This document shows, in pieces, positions 58,762-64,000 of a DNA stretch of 64,000 nucleotides. Under the pieces are notes generated by a model. The model ran no database searches, had not been told where the DNA came from, and saw only the letters and a program-made list of their open reading frames with translations. The stretch comes from an uncultured delta proteobacterium. GTDB lineage: Bacteria > Myxococcota_A > Polyangia > Polyangiales > B10-G4. The DNA is taken from NCBI GenBank assembly GCA_963727445.1, contig CAVSGI010000010.1, positions 960,001-1,024,000 on the forward strand. Direction: 5' to 3'. Positions within the stretch are counted from its first letter, which is position 1, and every line of letters starts with the position of its first letter. The position numbers and the translations under genes were made by a program.

Positions 58762-58810
58762 GGCCCAGCCCTACCAGGCGCCGGCCGCGGGGAAAAGGGT
58801 GAGTCGAGCC

Positions 58811-59404
58811 TCAGAAGGTCGAGCGGAGGTTTACGCCCACCTGACTCGGGGAAATGACGGGAGCGATCGCGAAAGGCGGCGGCTTCTCGTCCTCCGTATC
58901 GGGGGCGAGGAGTGTGGCGATCAAGCCGGCCAACACCAGGGCGAGGCCCGAGGTCTGCAGGACGGCCGAGGCGATGGTCCACCCCGGCCAGGCCCCACCC
59001 CGGCCATCCTCGGGCAAGGTGGCGAGCTGCATGTAAGGCCCCACCACCGGCACCAAAGACCACTCGCGGAAGCTCTCCCACTGAGGATTGTGCTGACACC
59101 CGCTGCCGCCCCCGCCGCCGGAGTAGCCGTAGAAGCCGATGCCGATGCTGCACTCGACCCCCGCGCTGAAGCCTGCGAGGGCGTTGGCGCCCCATCCGCC
59201 GACCAGGAGCGCACCGCCGGCCACCATCATCCACGGGCCGACGACCCCCCGAAGGGAGCGCCGAGCCTGCAACTGTCGACCGGGAACGCGGGAGGGGGCC
59301 GTCAGCGCGGTCGCTCCATCCTTCCATTGCGCGTGCGCGGGCGGGGCGAGGGCGACGACGGAGCTGGCGAGGAGCAGGAAGGAGAATGCGGCTCGAAAGT
59401 GCAT
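58811..59404 (-). CDS. Secreted/membrane hypothetical protein
   Basis: Signal peptide ending PPAHA; LVPVVGPY; hydrophobic helices; C-terminal Phe. Confidence 0.6.
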   Translation of the reverse strand: MHFRAAFSFLLLASSVVALAPPAHAQWKDGATALTAPSRVPGRQLQARRSLRGVVGPWMMVAGGALLVGGWGANALAGFSAGVECSIGIGFYGYSGGGGGSGCQHNPQWESFREWSLVPVVGPYMQLATLPEDGRGGAWPGWTIASAVLQTSGLALVLAGLIATLLAPDTEDEKPPPFAIAPVISPSQVGVNLRSTF

Positions 59405-59462
59405 GACGAGGGCGTGGGTGCCGCGGCCCTCGGGAGATGGGACGAAAAATCCGTCGGATGGC

Positions 59463-59978
59463 TCAGCGCCGGTTGTCGAGGGGGACGCCGCGGACCCAAT
59501 CGGTACGCTCGAGGCCGTTGCCCTGGTGGCAGCTGATGCAGAAGTCGATGTTGCCGCCCTGTTGGAGGGTGCCGTCGGCGCTGTAGCGGCCCCACCACCA
59601 GTCGGCCGTCGCGGGCACCCCACCAACCGCGCCTTTGACCATCACGGTCAGGCCCTGGCGCGCGCCCGAGGCGTCGAACATCTCCTTGACGATCATGGTG
59701 CTGGTGGGGAACGCGTCGACGGTCGCGGTGGCGTCGGCGGGATCGATCCCGCGATAGGTGTCGAGCCCCTCGAAGGAGACCCACACGCTCACGGCGTTGG
59801 CGGCGTGCTGTGACATGAAGGGCGTGTCGTTCACCTGGGTGAACTCCCCGCTGGTGTCGAAGTCGGCGAGACGCGTGGTGATCGCGGCCTCGTCGAGAGC
59901 GCCACCGGCCATCTCGTTGCTGCAGGCGCTCGCGAAGAGCATCGCCCACAGAGCCCAGATCGCCTTCCCCGTCGTCAT
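59463..59978 (-). CDS. Cytochrome P460-family lipoprotein
   Basis: FASAC lipobox; FPTSTMIVKE, GLTVMVK, DWWWGRY, FCISCH. Confidence 0.8.
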   Translation of the reverse strand: MTTGKAIWALWAMLFASACSNEMAGGALDEAAITTRLADFDTSGEFTQVNDTPFMSQHAANAVSVWVSFEGLDTYRGIDPADATATVDAFPTSTMIVKEMFDASGARQGLTVMVKGAVGGVPATADWWWGRYSADGTLQQGGNIDFCISCHQGNGLERTDWVRGVPLDNRR

Positions 59979-59982
59979 CGTC

Positions 59983-61014
59983 TCAGTCTCCTTCATCACC
60001 CACCTGCTCCGGCAGGCAGGGCGCCATCGCTTCGTCCCAGAGGCGCTGAGCCTCCTCGTCCATGTGCGCGAAAAGGTAGCGTCGTGCGTCGCAAACCGCA
60101 CGCGCGTGCGGGTCGTCCTCGGCCAGCGCGGACGAGAGATCGTAGGCGCCGACGGGGACTGCGCCCTCCGGGCAGCGGAGCACCAGGCCCCCGCGCCCGT
60201 CCTCGTCACGCACGGGCGTGCCCGAGGGACAGGTGATGGTGACGTGCGGGCGATCGACGTTCTGCTCGCGCGGCCGATAGCGCTCGAGGGGGCTCGCATC
60301 CGAGAGAACGGCTCGCACCGAGTAGAAGCCGGCGGCGTCCGTCGGCCGCATCGGTCCGCCCTCCGAGGCGAATCGCCGGGGACCGCGAGCGCGCGCATGA
60401 CATCGAACGCAGCCGCTCCGCGCGACCAGCAGGTCGGCGACGGCGTCGAGATCGGTGCGCGGGCCGTACGCCGCGAGACCCCCGCCGGTGCGGACGAGAT
60501 CGGCGAGCGAAGCGTGCGCACGATGACCGAGCGCGGGGCGGTTCTCGGGCCAGGCGTAGCCCACCAGGGGCGAGCCGGGACCGGGACGCTCGGGACGCAG
60601 CAGGCGCAGGATCCGAAGCCCCTCCGGGCCGAGCCGCGCGCCGCGCACGTCGCCGACGGTCCACTCTCCGTCGACCCGCAAGAGCTCCACGCGATCGGCT
60701 TCGGTCCCCTCGGGGAGCACCAGCGCGCCGCGCTCGTCGACACCGATGGTCGCGTCGTCGGGGAGGCGGAGCCACACGTCGACCCGGCTCGACAGATCGC
60801 GCTGCGTCGGCCCGAGCAGCGGCGTGGTCATGTGGACGAAGCCCTCCGCCTCCCAGTGGTCGTCGGGGCGCTCGATGCGCAGGCGCTCCACCGCGTCGTC
60901 GTCGAGCGTGGGGTGGGTCCACGTGCCTTCACCCCGAGGCGCGTAGCTCGCCCAGATCCCGCCCGCAGCCGCGACGGAGACGGTCACCGCGAAGATCGCG
61001 ACGCCTGTCCGCAT
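59983..61014 (-). CDS. Exported hypothetical protein with a single CxxCH heme-c motif
   Basis: N-terminal hydrophobic MRTGVAIFAVTVSVAAAGG; GCVRCH; TGATG overlap with the upstream gene. Confidence 0.65.
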   Translation of the reverse strand: MRTGVAIFAVTVSVAAAGGIWASYAPRGEGTWTHPTLDDDAVERLRIERPDDHWEAEGFVHMTTPLLGPTQRDLSSRVDVWLRLPDDATIGVDERGALVLPEGTEADRVELLRVDGEWTVGDVRGARLGPEGLRILRLLRPERPGPGSPLVGYAWPENRPALGHRAHASLADLVRTGGGLAAYGPRTDLDAVADLLVARSGCVRCHARARGPRRFASEGGPMRPTDAAGFYSVRAVLSDASPLERYRPREQNVDRPHVTITCPSGTPVRDEDGRGGLVLRCPEGAVPVGAYDLSSALAEDDPHARAVCDARRYLFAHMDEEAQRLWDEAMAPCLPEQVGDEGD

Positions 61015-61718
61015 CACGCCACCTCCTGCGTCGTGAGGACGCCGCGCGCGATCAGATCCTCGCGTGCAGCCGCGAGGGCGGCGGGTACGACCGGCGCTGC
61101 GTCCTCGCTCAGCTCGCCGCGCGCGACGGCGAGCGCCGCGAGGTGCGCGATGGAGGGTTGAAAGCGCCGGACCGCCGAGGCATCCGGCATCCGATGGAGG
61201 AGCGCGAAGGTGGCGGCGGCGCCGGGGAGCGGCGCGTCCGGGTCGCGCCGAGCGGCGGCGGTGAAGGTCGGGACGTCGAAGGTGTACTGCCGGACGAAAC
61301 ACGGAACCACGTCGCCGACGGCGGGCGGCGCGCCGACGACCGAGAGTCGGTGCAAGCACTCCTCCCAGTCCGCGACTTCGGCCACCCGGGGATCGCGGGC
61401 ATTGGCGGCCACAGTCTCGGAAAAGCCGAGGGCGATCCTCGGAAAGTCGCGCTCCGCACCCGCCTCGGCGGCGAGATGCGCGTCCACCGCGGCGTCGAAG
61501 CAAGGCTCCCCCAGCGCATCCGCCGCCACCGCAGTCGCCGCGAACGCGTTTCGGAGGAGGTTGCGGCGGGCGGCCCAGACCATGCGCAACACGAGATCGA
61601 GCCGATCGACGCGGCTCCCGCCGCCGCATTGCTCGACGACGTCGGCGGCGTCGAGGCGCCCGTCGAGCCCGCGACGCATCGCCGAGAAGAACGCGCTCAA
61701 GTCCGACGGAGCCGTCAC
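61014..61718 (-). CDS. DUF2063-like MNIO partner protein (RRE-like N-terminus)
   Basis: RLDLVLRMV..RNLLRNAF..ALGEPCFDAAV..HL..F...VAEVADWE; directly after the DUF692 gene with GTGA overlap. Confidence 0.65.
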   Translation of the reverse strand: MTAPSDLSAFFSAMRRGLDGRLDAADVVEQCGGGSRVDRLDLVLRMVWAARRNLLRNAFAATAVAADALGEPCFDAAVDAHLAAEAGAERDFPRIALGFSETVAANARDPRVAEVADWEECLHRLSVVGAPPAVGDVVPCFVRQYTFDVPTFTAAARRDPDAPLPGAAATFALLHRMPDASAVRRFQPSIAHLAALAVARGELSEDAAPVVPAALAAAREDLIARGVLTTQEVA

Positions 61719-62557
61719 GCGCAGGCCCTCGCCCTCTTTGCACCTTCGAGCGCACGGTCCACGACGCCGCGCACCATGTCCGCTTCGTCGAGGACGCGGT
61801 CGAGGGACGGGATGTTCGTGTCCCACTCGAGGAGCACCGGCACCTCGCCCGTGCGCGCGAGGGCGCGCTCGAGGAGCGCCAACACCTCTGGCCGAACGGG
61901 GTGACCGTGATCGTCGATGAGCACGTCCTTCTTTTCCAGATGACCGGCGACGTGGATGCGCGTCGTTCGCTCGAGCGGCATGGCGTCGAGGAGCGCGTCG
62001 GGGTCGAGCCCGTGGTTGCGGGCCGAGACGTAGACGTTGTTGACGTCGAGGAGGAGCCCACAATCCGCTTCGTCGACGACGCTTCGCACGAACTCACCCT
62101 CGCCCATGACGCTCCCCGGCATCCGCACGTAGGTGCTCGGGTTCTCGACGTCGATGGGTCGCTTGAGGCGGTCCGCGGCCTCGCGGATCCGCGAAGCCGC
62201 GTGACGGATCGCGCTCTCCGAGAACGGCAGCGCGAGGAGATCGTGGGTGTGATGGCCGAGGACGCTCGAGAAGCTCAAGTGCTCGGTGTAACGGTCGATT
62301 TCGAGCTCGCCCAGGAGCTCATCGAGCCCCTGAAAGAGCTCGGGATCGAAGGGGTCGGGCCCGCCCAGGGACATCGAGACCCCATGGGCGCCGATGGACC
62401 ATCGCTCGCGGGCCCGACGGAGGGCGTGGAGGAAGGGACCGGGCTTGTCGAGGAAGTTCTCGGGAATGATCTCGAGCCAGTCGACGCGACGATCCGTCTC
62501 GAGGAGTGCGGCCGCAAAGGGACGCCTCAGCCCGATCCCTACTCCACGGAGTTGCAT
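61715..62557 (-). CDS. DUF692-family multinuclear non-heme iron-dependent oxidase (MbnB/TglH/ChrH/BufB-like)
   Basis: GVGIGLR, WLEIIPENF, HGVSMSLGG, TEHLSF, HDLLALPF, VENPSTY, LLLDVNNVYV, IHVAGH, IDDHG, LLEWD. Confidence 0.93.
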   Translation of the reverse strand: MQLRGVGIGLRRPFAAALLETDRRVDWLEIIPENFLDKPGPFLHALRRARERWSIGAHGVSMSLGGPDPFDPELFQGLDELLGELEIDRYTEHLSFSSVLGHHTHDLLALPFSESAIRHAASRIREAADRLKRPIDVENPSTYVRMPGSVMGEGEFVRSVVDEADCGLLLDVNNVYVSARNHGLDPDALLDAMPLERTTRIHVAGHLEKKDVLIDDHGHPVRPEVLALLERALARTGEVPVLLEWDTNIPSLDRVLDEADMVRGVVDRALEGAKRARACA

Positions 62558-62820
62558 CACATCCCCGAATCGGCCGTGGCGCAGCCCGCGTCCGCTGACG
62601 CATCCGCGGAGGGACAGCCCGCATCTGTCGCTGCATCCGCGGAGGGACAGCCCGCGTCGGTCCCTGGGCAACCAGCGTCCGATCCGGGGCAGCCCGCATC
62701 CGTGCCGGGGCAACCCGCACAACCAGCATCGCCGGTCGTCGAGTCGTCACCACAACCTCCCGTCGCCACCGCGCCGACTACCACGGCGACTTTCAGGACA
62801 TCCAAGAGTTCTTTCTTCAT
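62557..62820 (-). CDS. Putative MNIO precursor peptide: lipoprotein signal plus DAGC repeats
   Basis: MKKELLDVLKVAVVVGAVATGGC, then 6 DAGC + 1 AGC; SD-like GAAAGGTG before ATG 62820; TGATG coupling to the DUF692 gene. Confidence 0.82.
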   Translation of the reverse strand: MKKELLDVLKVAVVVGAVATGGCGDDSTTGDAGCAGCPGTDAGCPGSDAGCPGTDAGCPSADAATDAGCPSADASADAGCATADSGM

Positions 62821-62868
62821 CTCGCTCACCTTTCAAGAAGAGCCGCTCCGAGCGAGCGGAGCTTCAGC

Positions 62869-62894
62869 TACGGGAGCGAATAGACCCTCGTTAC
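62869..62894 (-). promoter_or_regulatory. Putative ECF sigma-factor promoter
   Basis: Minus strand reads GTAAC-gagggtctattcgctcc-CGTA, about 50 nt upstream of the precursor ATG. Confidence 0.55.
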
Positions 62895-62980
62895 ATCCGT
62901 TTCATCGCGTTCTTTCGAACGATCTATTCGAACTGGGTTGACGATTTGTGTTCGGCGCCTAGGGCCTACTGTCAAGGGGT

Positions 62981-64000
62981 TTACACCCGGGCGATGCGAC
63001 GTCGGGGCCATGCGATCCAGGCGAGCGCACAGGCGAGGAGCAGGAGCGCGGGCGTGCCGTCGCCGCCGTCGCCGTTGCCTATCACCGCACCCTCCGTCTG
63101 TGCGGTGACGTAATACGTGGCGAAGCGCGGCGGCTGCTCGGACGCCTGGAGGATCAGATCTTCGGAGAGGGCGTTCGCCGGGAGCTCCGCGCGCATGCGG
63201 GTCACGGTCGCCTGAGAGGAGGAAGACAGACCCCGGGTGGCGACCAACCAATCTTCCTGGGGGCTGGTGGGATCGCCGGCGGTCACGTAGGGCGCGGCGA
63301 CCGTCTGCGAGACCTCGGTGAGCCAGGTGCGGCCTCCTTCCTGTCCGAGGAGCTCCGACGCGACCGCGTCGTAGTCGAAGGTTCCGCTCGCCGCATCGTA
63401 GGTCAGGTCCTCGTCGGCGATCTCCGCGTTGGGGAAGTTCTGGACCTCCCATCGTCCCTCGGCGATGAGGAAGAGCTCGAGGCTGACGGTCTCCCCGATC
63501 CCCGCCGCGACCATGCGGAGCGGGAAGCTGACCTGCGCACCGGGAACGGTCACCCGCACCGGCTGCATCTGAGAGACGCCCGCGTCCGGCGAGAGGCGAA
63601 GCACGGCAAAGCTCATCCCTTCGTCGACGTAGTGCGCGATCGTCGGCGTCAGCGACTCGGGGATGGCGTAGCCGTTGTCGGTGAGCCAGCCCGTGAGGCT
63701 CATCGCGTCGTCGCTACCGATGACCACCGTCTCGTAGGGACCGACGACTTCGCTCGAGTAGACGGTGACGCGGGAGTCGGACGCGCCGGCAGCCGCCGCA
63801 GAGGCCCCGCATCCCAGGGAGAAGCCCCCGCCGCCCGATCCCGTGACCGGACCGTAGAGCGTCACCGCGGTGGCGCCGTTCAGGTACTGGAAGAAGGACT
63901 GCTGAGCGACGTCGATCTGCACGTCCGCACCGCCCGACACCGGCAGCACCCACACGAAGTCCTCCGGGTTGCCGGCGTACTCGAACTGATCCCAGAGGGT
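62981..64000 (-). CDS. DUF2330-family protein with a C-terminal membrane anchor; 5' end lies outside the window
   Basis: FVWVLPV, VGPYETV, WLTDNGY, YVDEGMSFAVLRL, FPLRM, TRMRAEL; TM helix + RRR tail. Confidence 0.8.
   Translation of the reverse strand, partial: TLWDQFEYAGNPEDFVWVLPVSGGADVQIDVAQQSFFQYLNGATAVTLYGPVTGSGGGGFSLGCGASAAAAGASDSRVTVYSSEVVGPYETVVIGSDDAMSLTGWLTDNGYAIPESLTPTIAHYVDEGMSFAVLRLSPDAGVSQMQPVRVTVPGAQVSFPLRMVAAGIGETVSLELFLIAEGRWEVQNFPNAEIADEDLTYDAASGTFDYDAVASELLGQEGGRTWLTEVSQTVAAPYVTAGDPTSPQEDWLVATRGLSSSSQATVTRMRAELPANALSEDLILQASEQPPRFATYYVTAQTEGAVIGNGDGGDGTPALLLLACALAWIAWPRRRIARV

Noticed and set aside
54211..58857. 1548-aa plus-strand ORF
   Set aside because: It is the antisense shadow of the multidomain enzyme and has no motifs. 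Stop-free antisense frames are expected at this GC content.
62580..62730. Repeats considered as a possible CRISPR array
   Set aside because: They are short, in-frame, degenerate coding repeats with no unique spacers and no cas genes.
62981..64000. DUF2330 gene as part of the MNIO operon
   Set aside because: It is separated by about 160 bp that contain a separate promoter-like motif, and nothing supports a functional link.

Overview
This 64-kb window is very GC-rich and gene-dense. The gene content suggests a myxobacterium: three eukaryote-like Ser/Thr kinases, MYXO-CTERM-like tails, DUF1552/DUF1592 and DUF2330 genes, and many Asp-Ala-Gly-linker lipoproteins. About 55 CDS can be supported; I saw no rRNA, tRNA or CRISPR array. 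Three loci stand out. (1) 59463-62894 (-) is a largely translationally coupled RiPP-like operon. A short lipoprotein-type precursor with six DAGC repeats precedes a DUF692 multinuclear non-heme iron oxidase (MNIO), a DUF2063-like partner, a CxxCH protein and a cytochrome P460-family lipoprotein, all behind an ECF-type GTAAC-N17-CGTA promoter. (2) 3265-5718 (+) is a GLIC/ELIC-like pentameric ligand-gated ion channel fused at its C-terminus to a family-5 solute-binding protein, probably starting at a CTG that overlaps the purT stop. (3) 53039-58761 (-) holds a 1552-aa fusion of an AstD-like ALDH, a class-III aminotransferase, a GNAT and a degenerate aminotransferase, coupled to a C45 acylase. 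Also present are an ABC-F gene with a likely leader peptide, a RAYT-like HUH transposase beside a hexamer-repeat tract, and several single-base frameshifts that may be assembly errors. All family calls come from recognising motifs by eye; no database search was run.
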